This document shows positions 15,909-26,250 of a stretch of 64,000 nucleotides of DNA, one piece after another. Position numbers and translations under genes: made by a program. Every line of letters starts with the position of its first letter. Within the stretch, counting starts at the first letter, position 1. Origin of the DNA: an uncultured Geobacter sp. (GTDB lineage: Bacteria; Desulfobacterota; Desulfuromonadia; Geobacterales; Pseudopelobacteraceae); contig CAZGEG010000013.1 in the NCBI GenBank assembly GCA_964524835.1, positions 56,927-120,926 on the forward strand. The letters are read 5' to 3'. The notes under the pieces were generated by a model. That model saw nothing but the letters and a program-made list of their open reading frames with translations, searched no databases and was not told where the DNA came from.

Positions 15909-17563
15909 GCCGTCGCGCCCGTATCCTCCAGCTGCAGCTCCTTGATCGCCATCTCCCGCATCTTGAATTTCTGGATCTTGCCGGAGGCGGTCATCGGATA
16001 GCCGTCGACGAACTTGACGTACTTCGGGATCTTGTAGTTGGCGATCTTGTCCCGGCAGAAGTCGCGCACCTCGTCTTCGCTCATGGTCATACCCTTCTTG
16101 AGGATGATCGCGGCCATGACCTGCTCGCCGAACTTGCGGTCCGGCACGCCGTAGACCTGGATGTCGGAGACTTTGGGGTGGGTGTAGAGAAACTCCTCGA
16201 TCTCGCGGGGGTAGATGTTCTCGCCGCCGCGGATGATCATGTTCTTGATGCGGCCGGTAATCTTGCAGTAGCCGTTCTCGTCCATGATCGCCAGGTCGCC
16301 GGTGTGCAGCCAGCCGTCAACGTCGATGGCCCGGGCGGTCTCTTCCGGCATCTTGTAGTACCCCTTCATGACGTGGTAGCCGCGGGTGCAGAGTTCCCCC
16401 TGCTTGCCGGGGGGGAGGGTTTCGCCGCTCTCGATGTCGACGATCTTGACTTCCACATCGGGAAGCGACCGGCCGACGGTGGCGACGCGCAGCTCAATGG
16501 CGTCGTCGGTGCGGGTCTGGGTGATGACCGGCGATGACTCGGTCTGGCCGTAGGCGATGGTGATTTCGGAGGCGTGCATGTCGCTGTTGACCTTCTTCAT
16601 GACTTCGATCGGGCAGTTGGAGCCGGCCATGATGCCGGTGCGGAGGGTGGTGAGGTCGAAGGTCGCGAAATCGGGATGTTCCAGTTCGGCGATGAACATG
16701 GTCGGCACGCCGTGGACGCCGGTGCATTTCTCTTTTTCAATCGTCTGCAGGACTTTCAAGGGATCGAAGATCTCCACCGGCACCATGGTCGTGGCGTGGG
16801 TGACGCAGGCCATGACCCCGAGGACGCAGCCGAAGCAGTGGAAGAAGGGGACCGGGATGCAGAGGCGGTCTGATGGCGTCAGCTTCATGCATTCGCCGAT
16901 GTTGAAGCCGTTGTTGACGATGTTGTAGTGGGTCAGCATGACCCCCTTGGGGAAGCCGGTGGTGCCGGAGGTGTACTGCATGTTGATGGTTTCGTGGCAC
17001 TCCAGCGTCGCTTCGACGGCGGCCAGTTCGGCGTCGGTTACCCCCTCCCCCAGCTTGCTGATGCTGTCGAAGTTGACCATGCCGGCGGGGGTTGTCGCCC
17101 CGATATAGACGACGTTTTTCAGGAAGGGGAGCCTGGGGCAGACCAGCCTGCCAGGTTCCGACCCGGCCAGTTCCGGGACGACGCCGGCGAGGGTTTCGAC
17201 ATAGTCCGTATCCTTGAAGGAGCCGACCATGAAGAGCGAGGTGGAGTCGGACTGCTCCAGGATGTATTCCAGCTCGGCCGATTTGTAGCTGGTGTTGACC
17301 GTGACGAGGACCGCGCCGATCTTGGCGGAGGCGAACTGCAGCAGCACCCACTCCGGGACGTTGTAGGCCCAGATCGCGATATTGTCACCTTTTTTGATCC
17401 CCATCCGGAGCAGCCCCTTGGCGATCAGGCGGCAGGCGTCGTTGAACTGTTTGTACGTGTAGCGCAGGTTCCGCTCAGGGTAGACGAGCGCTTCGTTGCC
17501 TGGAAAGCGCCGGGCCATGTCGTCCAGAAGGCTTCCGACGGTGTGGGTTAGTTGTTGGGACAT
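15905..17563 (-). CDS. AMP-forming medium-chain acyl-CoA synthetase (ACSF2-like); candidate isovalerate-CoA ligase
   Basis: Start moved to ATG 17563 (GGAGG RBS). Motifs YTSGTTGFPKGVMLTH, TGDLAIMDENGYCKITGRIKNMIIRGGENIYPREIE and SGKIQK. Confidence 0.85.
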   Translation of the reverse strand: MSQQLTHTVGSLLDDMARRFPGNEALVYPERNLRYTYKQFNDACRLIAKGLLRMGIKKGDNIAIWAYNVPEWVLLQFASAKIGAVLVTVNTSYKSAELEYILEQSDSTSLFMVGSFKDTDYVETLAGVVPELAGSEPGRLVCPRLPFLKNVVYIGATTPAGMVNFDSISKLGEGVTDAELAAVEATLECHETINMQYTSGTTGFPKGVMLTHYNIVNNGFNIGECMKLTPSDRLCIPVPFFHCFGCVLGVMACVTHATTMVPVEIFDPLKVLQTIEKEKCTGVHGVPTMFIAELEHPDFATFDLTTLRTGIMAGSNCPIEVMKKVNSDMHASEITIAYGQTESSPVITQTRTDDAIELRVATVGRSLPDVEVKIVDIESGETLPPGKQGELCTRGYHVMKGYYKMPEETARAIDVDGWLHTGDLAIMDENGYCKITGRIKNMIIRGGENIYPREIEEFLYTHPKVSDIQVYGVPDRKFGEQVMAAIILKKGMTMSEDEVRDFCRDKIANYKIPKYVKFVDGYPMTASGKIQKFKMREMAIKELQLEDTGATA

Positions 17564-17646
17564 GATAACCTCCGATTTTAATTTGAAAATGAACGCTTGA
17601 TGCACCTTTACCAAGGTGGAATCCTGACTGACCGTTAATTTCAGCG

Positions 17647-18555
17647 TCACACCCGTTCTTCAGCACCTACCGCCCGCGCAACCCTGGAGCCGGACGGGCG
17701 ACCCAGAAAATTTGAAATATATAAACCGGCCGAGATCAGTCCGGTCAGATCGACGCCGGTTTCAACCCCCATGCCGTTCAGCATGTAGAGCAGGTCTTCG
17801 CTGGCGACATTTCCGGCGGCCCCTTCGGCATAGGGGCACCCCCCCAGCCCGGCCACCGAACTATCTACAACGGATATCCCCAGTTCGAGCGACGCCAGGA
17901 TATTGGCCAGCGCCTGGCCGTAGGTATCATGAAAGTGCACAGCAAGACGCCGCCGCGGAACCACAGCCGCAACCTTTTTGATCAGCGTCTGGACCCTGAG
18001 TGGCGTGCCGAAGCCGACCGTATCGCCGAGCGATATCTCGTAGCACCCCATCTCCAAAAGCCGCAGGGCGACCTGGGCTACGGCCTCCGGCGCGACGTCC
18101 CCCTGGTAAGGGCACCCCAGCACGCAGGAAACATAGCCGCGCACCTTGATGTTGCGCCGGCGGGCGGCGGCAATTACCGGGACGAAGCGCTCAAGGCTTT
18201 CGGCAATGGAGCAGTTGATATTGCGCTGGGAAAACGTTTCGGAAGCGGCGGCGAAAACGGCGATCTCCTCGGCGCCGGCGGCGACGGCCGCTTCGAAACC
18301 CTGCATCCCCGGCACCAGGACCGGATAACTGGCTCCCTGACGGCGGGTGATGCCGAGCATCACAGCGGCATTGTCCGCCATCTGCGGCACCCATTTCGGC
18401 GACACGAAACTGGTAACTTCGATGGCGCTGAGACCGGTCGCCGAAAGCCGGTTGACCAGCTCTATCTTCACATCGGTCGGAACGGTCGTCGCTTCGTTCT
18501 GCAGTCCGTCCCGGGGGCCGACCTCCACCATTTTCACCCGTTTTGGAATTCTCAT
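17647..18555 (-). CDS. liuE: hydroxymethylglutaryl-CoA lyase
   Basis: [27 protein letters not shown] and [12 protein letters not shown] start/stop overlap with the upstream carboxylase gene. Confidence 0.92.
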   Translation of the reverse strand: MRIPKRVKMVEVGPRDGLQNEATTVPTDVKIELVNRLSATGLSAIEVTSFVSPKWVPQMADNAAVMLGITRRQGASYPVLVPGMQGFEAAVAAGAEEIAVFAAASETFSQRNINCSIAESLERFVPVIAAARRRNIKVRGYVSCVLGCPYQGDVAPEAVAQVALRLLEMGCYEISLGDTVGFGTPLRVQTLIKKVAAVVPRRRLAVHFHDTYGQALANILASLELGISVVDSSVAGLGGCPYAEGAAGNVASEDLLYMLNGMGVETGVDLTGLISAGLYISNFLGRPSGSRVARAVGAEERV

Positions 18556-20567
18556 GGCTTCGCCGCTTCGGCTTCGGCGGTGAAATCAAGCAGCTCGGCC
18601 CCCTCGTTGACGGTCGCTCCGACCGGGTAATGAAATTCGGCTACGCAGCCGGTGCATGGTGCGTTGATGGCATGTTCCATCTTCATCGCCTCCATGATCA
18701 GGAGCGGCGTACCCCTTTCAACCCTGACTCCGCTCGCAACCATGACCGCCACGATTTTGCCCGGCATCGGGGCGGTCAGGCGCCCTGCTGTCGCTTCATC
18801 CTGTTCCCCTGCCGAGTGCAGGCTGTGGATCATGAGCTGGTGGCTCTTCCCCCGGTCGAGGACCGTGAGGACGGCACCATTGCGGATCACGGTCGCCTTT
18901 ATCCGCGTTCCGGCCAGTTCCGCACAGAGCTCTTCCTCGCCGTTCCTCTCGCCGCGGACGAGCATGCTGCCGCCCGGGAGGTCGAGCAGGAATCCTGACG
19001 GCCGGTAATGGGCGACTACCGTGACGATCCGCTCTTCATCGATGAAATGAAGATGGTGATAGTTGTCGCTGTTGAGCCGCCAGCCGCAGGTCTCGTGCCA
19101 GGGTGAATAGGGATCATGCGACCCCTTCGCCCGGGACTCTGCTTCGGCGGAGCGGCTCAACATCAGGTCGAGCGCCGCCAGCGCCAGGGTGCGGTCCGAT
19201 GCCGGAGCAGACTCCGGGAACAGCGCATCCCGATAGCGCTCGATGAAGCCGGTGTCGATTTCTCCCCCGGAAAAGGCCGGGTGGGCGACGACATTGCCGA
19301 GGAAGCCGGTATTGGTGGTCACCCCCACGACCTGGAAATCGGCCAGCGCACTCCTCATGCGGCGGATGGCGGCATTCCGGTCGCTGTCCCAGACGATCAG
19401 TTTGGCGATCATCGGGTCGTAATGGATGCTGACCTCATCCCCCTGGCGCACACCGGAATCGATGCGGACATGGGCGCTTTCATGCGGCGTCCGCAGGTGG
19501 TGCAGCGTGCCGATTGAAGGGAGAAAGTCGCGCGACGGGTCCTCGGCGTAGATGCGTGCCTCGATCGCATGACCGCTGATGGCGAGCTGTTCCTGGCCGA
19601 GCGGCATCGCCTCCCCCGCCGCGACCCGCAGCTGCCATTCCACCAGGTCTAGACCGCTGATCATCTCGGTTACCGGATGCTCCACCTGCAGACGGGTATT
19701 CATCTCCATGAAGTAGAAGGAGCCGTCCTCGTCGAGCAGGAATTCGACCGTTCCGGCGCCGACGTAGCCGATGGCCCGGGCGGCGGCGACAGCGGCCCCG
19801 CCCATCTTCTGCCGCAGGGCGGGGGTCATGCCGAAGGCCGGGGCCTCCTCGATAACCTTCTGATGGCGGCGCTGGATCGAGCAGTCCCGCTCGAAGATAT
19901 GCAGAGCATTGCCGTGGCTGTCGGCAAACACTTGAATTTCGATATGGCGCGGTCTGGTAAGGTACCGCTCCAGCAGGACATGGTCGTCGCCGAAACTCGA
20001 CATCGCTTCCCGGCGCGCACCGGCCAGCGCGTCGGCAAATTCGGCGCTCTGCCCGACGACCCGCATCCCCTTGCCGCCGCCGCCGGCACTGGCCTTGATC
20101 AGCAGCGGATAGCCGATCCGGTCCGCTTCACCCTGCAGGAATCCGACTCCCTGCTCGCTGCCGTGGTAGCCGGGCACCAGCGGGACACCGGCAGCTCCCA
20201 TGATCTCCTTTGCGGCGCTCTTCGAACCCATGGCGCGGATCGCCCCGACCGGCGGGCCGATAAATACGATTCCCGCTCCGGCGCACGCCTCGGCAAAGGC
20301 GGCATTCTCGGAAAGAAAGCCGTAGCCGGGGTGGACCGCACGCGCACCGCTCAGTTTCGCCACCTCAAGGATACGGTCGGCGACCAGGTAGCTCTCGCGG
20401 GCGGCAGACGGGCCGATATGGTGGGCTTCATCCGCCAGTGCGACATGGAGAGAATCAGCATCGGCATCGGAGTAGACGGCCACGGTGCGGATGCCGAGCC
20501 GCTGTGCGGTGCGAATCACGCGGCAGGCGATTTCTCCGCGGTTGGCGATCAGGATTGTATCAAACAT
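18552..20567 (-). CDS. liuD: 3-methylcrotonyl-CoA carboxylase alpha subunit (biotin carboxylase + BCCP)
   Basis: [23 protein letters not shown]-grasp domain, and C-terminal biotinyl motif IMEAMKMEH. Confidence 0.9.
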   Translation of the reverse strand: MFDTILIANRGEIACRVIRTAQRLGIRTVAVYSDADADSLHVALADEAHHIGPSAARESYLVADRILEVAKLSGARAVHPGYGFLSENAAFAEACAGAGIVFIGPPVGAIRAMGSKSAAKEIMGAAGVPLVPGYHGSEQGVGFLQGEADRIGYPLLIKASAGGGGKGMRVVGQSAEFADALAGARREAMSSFGDDHVLLERYLTRPRHIEIQVFADSHGNALHIFERDCSIQRRHQKVIEEAPAFGMTPALRQKMGGAAVAAARAIGYVGAGTVEFLLDEDGSFYFMEMNTRLQVEHPVTEMISGLDLVEWQLRVAAGEAMPLGQEQLAISGHAIEARIYAEDPSRDFLPSIGTLHHLRTPHESAHVRIDSGVRQGDEVSIHYDPMIAKLIVWDSDRNAAIRRMRSALADFQVVGVTTNTGFLGNVVAHPAFSGGEIDTGFIERYRDALFPESAPASDRTLALAALDLMLSRSAEAESRAKGSHDPYSPWHETCGWRLNSDNYHHLHFIDEERIVTVVAHYRPSGFLLDLPGGSMLVRGERNGEEELCAELAGTRIKATVIRNGAVLTVLDRGKSHQLMIHSLHSAGEQDEATAGRLTAPMPGKIVAVMVASGVRVERGTPLLIMEAMKMEHAINAPCTGCVAEFHYPVGATVNEGAELLDFTAEAEAAKP

Positions 20568-20586
20568 AGGGTGCCGTCCTTTGTAT

Positions 20587-21048
20587 CTAGGAAGTTAATT
20601 CACTGGTTCGACAGGCGATCATATACTTGTAACCGGACTCCAGGACCGTTTCCTTGTGCTGGTTCCGCACCGTGAACCGTACCGTTGCCAGCCCCTGCCC
20701 CGGCTTGCTCGCGGAGCGTCTCAGATCCGACCAGTACGCGTCAACCATCAGGATGTCGTCTGGGCGGACCGCGTTCGGCAGTCCGACCTCCAGCATACCG
20801 AGACCGATCAGGATCTCAACATCTTTCTGCGCATCGACAATAACCCGCGTACAGGCTGACAGCGTGTGCAGCGACGAGGCTATTATCCCCTTGAAGCGGG
20901 AGGCAGCGGCAAATTCGTGATCGACATGAAACTGCTGCGGATCGTATTTCCGGGCAAATTCGACGACCTCATCGAGCCCGAGTACAACCGGTCGGCAGTC
21001 GAGCGGCTCACCTTCGACGAGATCTTCCCAATAGCGAGTCGGACTCAT
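20587..21048 (-). CDS. MaoC-like (hot-dog fold) enoyl-CoA hydratase/dehydratase
   Basis: Start moved to ATG 21048 (GAGGGA RBS, 2 nt after the upstream stop). FARKYDPQQFHVDHEFA is typical of MaoC N-terminal hot-dog domains. Confidence 0.75.
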   Translation of the reverse strand: MSPTRYWEDLVEGEPLDCRPVVLGLDEVVEFARKYDPQQFHVDHEFAAASRFKGIIASSLHTLSACTRVIVDAQKDVEILIGLGMLEVGLPNAVRPDDILMVDAYWSDLRRSASKPGQGLATVRFTVRNQHKETVLESGYKYMIACRTSELTS

Positions 21049-21050
21049 CG

Positions 21051-21845
21051 TTATTCCCTCACCCATGCCGACCGGCGTTTTTCGAGAAAAGCCGAGAGCC
21101 CTTCCCTCCCTTCCGGCGATGAGCGCTGGTCGGCAATCCTTCCGGCGGTATCGGCGATCAGGGCATCATCTACGTGGCGGCCGGCTACCGCCGCAACCAG
21201 GTTCTTGGCGGCGGCCATGGCGCCGGGGCCGTTTGCGAGGAGCCGGACAACCATGCGCTCCGCCTCCGCGGCGAGCTCCTGCTGGTCGGCGACGACCACG
21301 TGCACCAGCCCGAGCCGGTGCGCTTCTCCGGTGTCGAAGGTCTCGGCGCTCAGGAAATAGCGCCGCGCAGCCCGGGAGCCGATTGCGGCGACCACGTAGG
21401 GGGAGATGACCGCCGGAATGAGGCCGAGCTTGACCTCCGACAGGCAGAACGAAGCCTGCACGGTCGCAATCGCGATGTCGCAGCAGGCCACCAGGCCGAC
21501 GCCGCCGCCGTACGCGGCCCCCTGGACCAGGGCGATCGTCGGCTTGGAAAGCGTGTCGAGGGTGCGCATCAGCTCCGCCAGCCCCTCGGCATCAGCCAGG
21601 TTCTGTTCACGGGAGTAGTCGGCCATCCGCCGCATCCAGTTCAGGTCGGCCCCGGAAGAGAAGCTCCTGCCGCTGGCCGCGAGGACCACGACCCGGACAT
21701 CGGGGTCATCATCGAGCTGCCTCAGCGCGTCGGTCAGGTCGGAGATAATCGCATCGTCAAAGGCGTTGTGCAGTTCCGGACGGTTCATAGTCAGCGATGC
21801 CCGGCCGCGGTCATCAATATGAGTAATAATTGTCTGTTCGTTCAT
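21051..21845 (-). CDS. liuC: crotonase-family hydratase, by context methylglutaconyl-CoA hydratase
   Basis: VVVLAASGRSFSSGADLNWM and ALVQGAAYGGGVGLVACCDIAIA. Sits between the two carboxylase subunit genes. Confidence 0.82.
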   Translation of the reverse strand: MNEQTIITHIDDRGRASLTMNRPELHNAFDDAIISDLTDALRQLDDDPDVRVVVLAASGRSFSSGADLNWMRRMADYSREQNLADAEGLAELMRTLDTLSKPTIALVQGAAYGGGVGLVACCDIAIATVQASFCLSEVKLGLIPAVISPYVVAAIGSRAARRYFLSAETFDTGEAHRLGLVHVVVADQQELAAEAERMVVRLLANGPGAMAAAKNLVAAVAGRHVDDALIADTAGRIADQRSSPEGREGLSAFLEKRRSAWVRE

Positions 21846-21873
21846 GAGAGTGTCTTTCTCAATTACTTAGATT

Positions 21874-21995
21874 CCTTCTCTCTGAGGGAGAAGGTGGCCG
21901 AAGGCCGGATGAGGGGCGGAAGTGGTATAGAATACCGAGATTTCCCCCTCACCCTAGCCCTCTCCTTTAGGCCCTGAGGGTCCTCAGGGAGAGGG
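21874..21995. repeat. nested GC-rich palindromes (CCCTCTCC...GGAGAGGG type) inside the liu operon
   Basis: ccttctc/gagaagg (21874-21894), ggccgaaggcc, ccctctcc (21958-21965) paired with ggagaggg (21988-21995), enclosing ccctgagg/cctcaggg. Confidence 0.85.
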
Positions 21996-22017
21996 AATGT
22001 TTTCAAACCTAATACAG

Positions 22018-23625
22018 CTACATCCTGAAAATGCCGAATTCCGTCTTCTCGGCTGGGGCATTGAGGGAGGCCGAAATCCCCAGACCGAGCGTCATGCGGG
22101 TATCGACCGGATCGATGATGCCGTCGTCCCATAACCGGGCGCTGGCGTAGTAGGGATGCCCCTGGGTTTCATACTGGTCGCGGATCGGCTTCTTGAAGGC
22201 TTCCTCCTCCTCGACCGGCCAGGTTTCGCCCCGCAATTCATAGCCGTCGCGCTTGACCTGCGCCAGGACGCTGGCGGCCTGCTCTCCCCCCATGACCGAG
22301 ATGCGGGCGTTGGGCCACATCCAGAGAAACCGGGGGGAGTAGGCCCGGCCGCACATGCCGTAATTGCCGGCGCCGAAACTCCCGCCGATGATGACCGTAA
22401 ACTTCGGCACCTTGGCACAGGCGACGGCGGTCACCATCTTGGCACCGTCCTTGGCGATCCCCCCCGCCTCATACTTGCTGCCGACCATGAAGCCGGAGAT
22501 GTTCTGCAGGAATACCAGCGGGATGCCCCGCTGGCTGCAGAGCTCGATGAAGTGCGCCCCCTTGAGCGCCGACTCGGAAAAGAGGATGCCGTTGTTGGCC
22601 ACGATGCCGACCGGATACCCCCAGATATGGGCGAAGCCGCACACCAGCGTCGCTCCGTAGAGCTGTTTGAATTCGTCAAACTCGGAACCGTCGACGATCC
22701 GGGCGATCACCTCGCGGACGTCGTACGGCTTGCGGGTGTCGGACGGAATGATCCCGTACAGCTCTTCCGGCGGGTAGAGCGGCTCCACCGGAGCCTTGAC
22801 CGCCAGCCGCGGCTGCTTGACCCGGTTCAGGTTGGCGACGGCCCGCCGGGCCAGTTCCAGGGCATGGCCGTCGTTGGCGGCGTAGTGGTCAGTCACGCCG
22901 GACGTCCGGCAATGCACGTCAGCCCCCCCCAGCTCTTCGGCAGTGACGACTTCGCCGATGGCGGCCTTGACCAGCGGCGGGCCGGCCAGAAAGATCGTTC
23001 CCTGATTTTTGACGATGATGCTCTCGTCGGACATGGCCGGCACATAGGCGCCGCCGGCGGTGCAGGAGCCCATGACGACCGCGATCTGGGGAATGCCTCG
23101 CGACGACAGGTTGGCCTGGTTGAAGAAGATCCGCCCGAAATGGTCCCGGTCGGCAAACACCTCATCCTGCTGCGGAAGGTTTGCCCCCCCCGAATCGACC
23201 AGGTAGATGCAGGGGAGAGCGTTGTCGCCGGCAATTTCCTGGGCTCGCAGGTGTTTTTTCACAGTGAGCGGGAAATAGGTCCCCCCCTTGACCGTGGCAT
23301 CGTTGGTGACGATCACGCACTCGACCCCGGATACCCGGCCGATGCCGGTGATGATCCCGGCGGCGGGAATATCGGCGCCGTACATCCCCCACGCTGCCAG
23401 CTGCGAAAACTCAAGGAACGGCGACCCGACATCCAGCAGCTGCCGGATCCGTTCGCGGGGGAGGAGCTTGCCCCGTTCCGTATGCTTGTTGCAGGCTTTT
23501 TCACCACCACCCTGCTTGATCTTCAGCACCTTTCCGCGGAGATCGGCTACCAGTGAGGTCATCAACTCGGTATTGGCGCGGAATTCATCCGCCTGGGGAC
23601 GGACGCTGCTTTTCAGTATGGACAT
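22018..23625 (-). CDS. liuB: 3-methylcrotonyl-CoA carboxylase beta subunit (carboxyltransferase)
   Basis: 535 aa carboxyl-transferase with [15 protein letters not shown] and [16 protein letters not shown]. Confidence 0.9.
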   Translation of the reverse strand: MSILKSSVRPQADEFRANTELMTSLVADLRGKVLKIKQGGGEKACNKHTERGKLLPRERIRQLLDVGSPFLEFSQLAAWGMYGADIPAAGIITGIGRVSGVECVIVTNDATVKGGTYFPLTVKKHLRAQEIAGDNALPCIYLVDSGGANLPQQDEVFADRDHFGRIFFNQANLSSRGIPQIAVVMGSCTAGGAYVPAMSDESIIVKNQGTIFLAGPPLVKAAIGEVVTAEELGGADVHCRTSGVTDHYAANDGHALELARRAVANLNRVKQPRLAVKAPVEPLYPPEELYGIIPSDTRKPYDVREVIARIVDGSEFDEFKQLYGATLVCGFAHIWGYPVGIVANNGILFSESALKGAHFIELCSQRGIPLVFLQNISGFMVGSKYEAGGIAKDGAKMVTAVACAKVPKFTVIIGGSFGAGNYGMCGRAYSPRFLWMWPNARISVMGGEQAASVLAQVKRDGYELRGETWPVEEEEAFKKPIRDQYETQGHPYYASARLWDDGIIDPVDTRMTLGLGISASLNAPAEKTEFGIFRM

Positions 23626-23657
23626 TGTGGGTTGATCTCCTTGATCATGGTTTCGTG

Positions 23658-24824
23658 TCAGGCCGTTTCCGCAAACAGTTCGCGCCCGATCAGCATCCGC
23701 CGGATCTCGCTGGTGCCGGCGCCGATCTCGTACAGCTTCGCATCGCGCAGCAGCCGGCCGGTCGGGTATTCGTTGATATAGCCGTTGCCGCCGAGGATCT
23801 GGATCGCTTCAAGCGCCATCCAGGTCGCCTTTTCTGCGGCATACAGAATAGCACCGGCCGCATCCTTCCTGATCGCGTTCCTGCCGCAGCAGGCGTGCGC
23901 CACCGCGTACACATAGGCCCGGCAGGCATTCATCGTGCTGTACATATCGGCAATCTTGCCCTGCATCAGCTGAAACTCGCCGATGGCCTTGCCGAACTGC
24001 CGCCGCTCGTGGATATAGGGAATAACGACATCCATGCAGGCCCGCATGATGCCGAGGGGTCCGGCTGCCAGCACCGCCCGCTCGTAATCCAGACCGCTCA
24101 TCAGGATCTTGACACCGTCGCCGACCATCCCCACTACATTTTCAGCCGGCACTTCGCAATCCTCGAACACCAGTTCGCAGGTATCGGAGCCGCGCATGCC
24201 GAGCTTGTCGAGCTTCTGGGCGGTGGAAAACCCTTTGAATCCCTTCTCGATCAGGAACGCGGTAATCCCCTTCGAGCCGGCGTTGATATCCGTCTTGGCA
24301 TACACCAGCAGCGTGTCGGCGTGGGGACCGTTGGTGATCCACATCTTGGTGCCGTTCAGTATGAAGCGGTCACCCCGCCGGTCAGCCCTCAGCCGCATGC
24401 TGACGACATCAGACCCGGCACCGGCCTCGCTCATCGCGAGTGCGCCGACATGTTCGCCGCTAATGAGTTTGGGGAGGTAACGCCGCTTCTGTTCTTCATT
24501 GGCATTGCGATAAATCTGGTTGATGCAGAGGTTGGAATGGGCGCCGTACGCCAGTGCAACGGCTGCAGATGCGCGGCTGATCTCCTCGATGGCCACGACA
24601 TGCTCCAGATAAGTCATACCGGCGCCGCCATACTCTTCGGAAACGGTGATGCCGTGCAGCCCCAGATCTCCCATCTTCCGCCAGAGATCCATCGGAAAAT
24701 GATTTTCGCGATCAATATCGGCCGCCCGTGGAGCTATTTCCGCCCGGGCAAACGCTTTGACGGTATCCCTCAACAAATCGGCGGTTTCACCAAGATCGAA
24801 ATTCAACGTCGGATATGAACTCAT
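23658..24824 (-). CDS. liuA: isovaleryl-CoA dehydrogenase
   Basis: Acyl-CoA dehydrogenase fold with [30 protein letters not shown] and [20 protein letters not shown]. First gene of the liu operon. Confidence 0.88.
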   Translation of the reverse strand: MSSYPTLNFDLGETADLLRDTVKAFARAEIAPRAADIDRENHFPMDLWRKMGDLGLHGITVSEEYGGAGMTYLEHVVAIEEISRASAAVALAYGAHSNLCINQIYRNANEEQKRRYLPKLISGEHVGALAMSEAGAGSDVVSMRLRADRRGDRFILNGTKMWITNGPHADTLLVYAKTDINAGSKGITAFLIEKGFKGFSTAQKLDKLGMRGSDTCELVFEDCEVPAENVVGMVGDGVKILMSGLDYERAVLAAGPLGIMRACMDVVIPYIHERRQFGKAIGEFQLMQGKIADMYSTMNACRAYVYAVAHACCGRNAIRKDAAGAILYAAEKATWMALEAIQILGGNGYINEYPTGRLLRDAKLYEIGAGTSEIRRMLIGRELFAETA

Positions 24825-24861
24825 CTGCAGCCTCCCTCGAAAACTGATACCCCGTCCACGC

Positions 24862-24909
24862 GTTAACCTTACGTAAAAGTAACATAAATCAGCGATGATT
24901 TTCTGTCAA
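24862..24909 (-). promoter_or_regulatory. candidate sigma70 promoter of the liu operon with overlapping palindromic operator
   Basis: On the minus strand: TTGACA (24909-24904), 17-nt spacer, TATGTT (24886-24881). Palindrome GTTA-acc-TTACGTAA-aag-TAAC at 24862-24883. Confidence 0.5.
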
Positions 24910-25125
24910 ACATTATTTTGATATCTTCAAATCGGAGACCTTCCAACCTAACATACCAGACACTATCCAAAATATGAGCTTCCGGCCCAACAACCGTAAA
25001 CCGTTAGCGTCAATGGATCTACTGGCATAATAGCAGATCCGTCCATGATTACCCGCGTTGATATAATCATGTTATTACACAGTGATCAGGGACAGTGGAA
25101 TGTCGGGCGCCTGAGCCCGCCCGGC

Positions 25126-25938
25126 TCAGCTGCCGGAATAGACCCCCGGGCGCTTTTCCAGAAACGCACTGACCGCCTCGGCGTGGTCGTCGGTGTGGTG
25201 GGCCATCCCCTGAAAGCAGGCAGACAGGTCCAGAAAGTCCGGCAAGGTACCGCGCTGGGCATACTTGAGGAGCCGCTTGGTCAACCGCACCGCCCGCGGC
25301 GGCTTGGAAGCGATCTGGTCGGCCAGCTCCAGCGTCCTCCCGAGCAGCAACTCCGGCTCCGCAACCTCCAGCACAATTCCGAGAGCCAATGCCTCCGGCG
25401 CCGAAACGAGCCGCCCGGTGAGGGTAAGTTCGGCAGCGCGCTGATATCCGACCAGGCGCTGCAGATACCAGGCGCCGCCATCGCCCGGTATTATGCCAAG
25501 ATTGACAAAAGTCTCTCCCATGACCGCAGTAGTTGAAGCAAGCCGCAGGTCACACATGCAAGCAAGATCGAATCCGGCACCGATTGCCGGCCCGTTGATC
25601 GCCGCCACCAGCGGAACTTCAGCAGCTTCCATTGCCAGCGGAATCCGCTGGATACCACGCCGGTACTGATCCTGGATCTGCTGAACCGACCCGCCGAATA
25701 TTCCTCCTCTCTCACTCATTTCCCGCACGTTGCCGCCGGATGAGAAGGCGGACCCGGCACCGGTCAGAACAAGTACCGAGACTTCTTCGGCACGGTTAAC
25801 CCAGGCAAGGGTATCCAGCAGGTCCTCTACAAGGGCGGTGCCGGTCAGGGCATTGCGCACGTCGTCACGCCCGAAAGTAACAACAGCAATCCTTCCCCGT
25901 ATTTCGAGAATCGAATCTTTTAGAACAGGTTTATCCAT
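25126..25938 (-). CDS. enoyl-CoA hydratase/isomerase family protein
   Basis: VLVLTGAGSAFSSGGNVREM and AAINGPAIGAGFDLACMCDLRLA. Confidence 0.85.
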   Translation of the reverse strand: MDKPVLKDSILEIRGRIAVVTFGRDDVRNALTGTALVEDLLDTLAWVNRAEEVSVLVLTGAGSAFSSGGNVREMSERGGIFGGSVQQIQDQYRRGIQRIPLAMEAAEVPLVAAINGPAIGAGFDLACMCDLRLASTTAVMGETFVNLGIIPGDGGAWYLQRLVGYQRAAELTLTGRLVSAPEALALGIVLEVAEPELLLGRTLELADQIASKPPRAVRLTKRLLKYAQRGTLPDFLDLSACFQGMAHHTDDHAEAVSAFLEKRPGVYSGS

Positions 25939-25986
25939 TACGGTTATCCCCCGCAGTCATATGGAAGTAGTGTTTGCAGCATACAA

Positions 25987-26017
25987 AATGTACTGTTGAC
26001 CTTACGTCCATGTCAAC
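25987..26017 (-). promoter_or_regulatory. candidate sigma70 promoter with GTTGAC-N11-GTCAAC inverted repeat
   Basis: On the minus strand: TTGACA (26016-26011), 18-nt spacer, TACATT (25992-25987). The spacer contains ccttacgt (26000-26007). Confidence 0.5.
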
Positions 26018-26055
26018 ACAAAATAAAACATATTTTTGTATCGCCAATATTTTGT

Positions 26056-26083
26056 TTGACAGGACATTGCAAACAGTGATATT
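26056..26083 (+). promoter_or_regulatory. candidate sigma70 promoter of the LIV-type ABC operon
   Basis: TTGACA (26056-26061), 16-nt spacer, GATATT (26078-26083). This leaves a leader of about 160 nt. Confidence 0.35.
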
Positions 26084-26250
26084 TCGGTAATAACAAGCCT
26101 GCAATAGCGTTATTACTCGACGGTAAATGCAGCGTTATTTACGGCCCAGCGACACTATCCCCTTACGTCAAGGGAAGAATTTATGCAGCAGCAGAGACAT
26201 GCACATTAAAATACCATCGTTTTAGAGAGCCACCACAAGGAGTTGTTTCG

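Noticed and set aside
21863-22132. 89-aa minus-strand ORF spanning the liuB-liuC repeat.
   Set aside because: Its translation (..ERARVRGKS..PLPPLIRPSATFSLREKE) is the well-known artefact of CCCTCTCC/GGAGAGGG palindromic repeats. It also overlaps the liuB 3' end.
25111-25129. Hairpin ctgagcc-cgccc-ggctcag at the stop codon of the crotonase gene, considered as a terminator.
   Set aside because: No T tract follows on the transcribed (minus) strand, and the stem includes the stop codon. This is not convincing as an intrinsic terminator.
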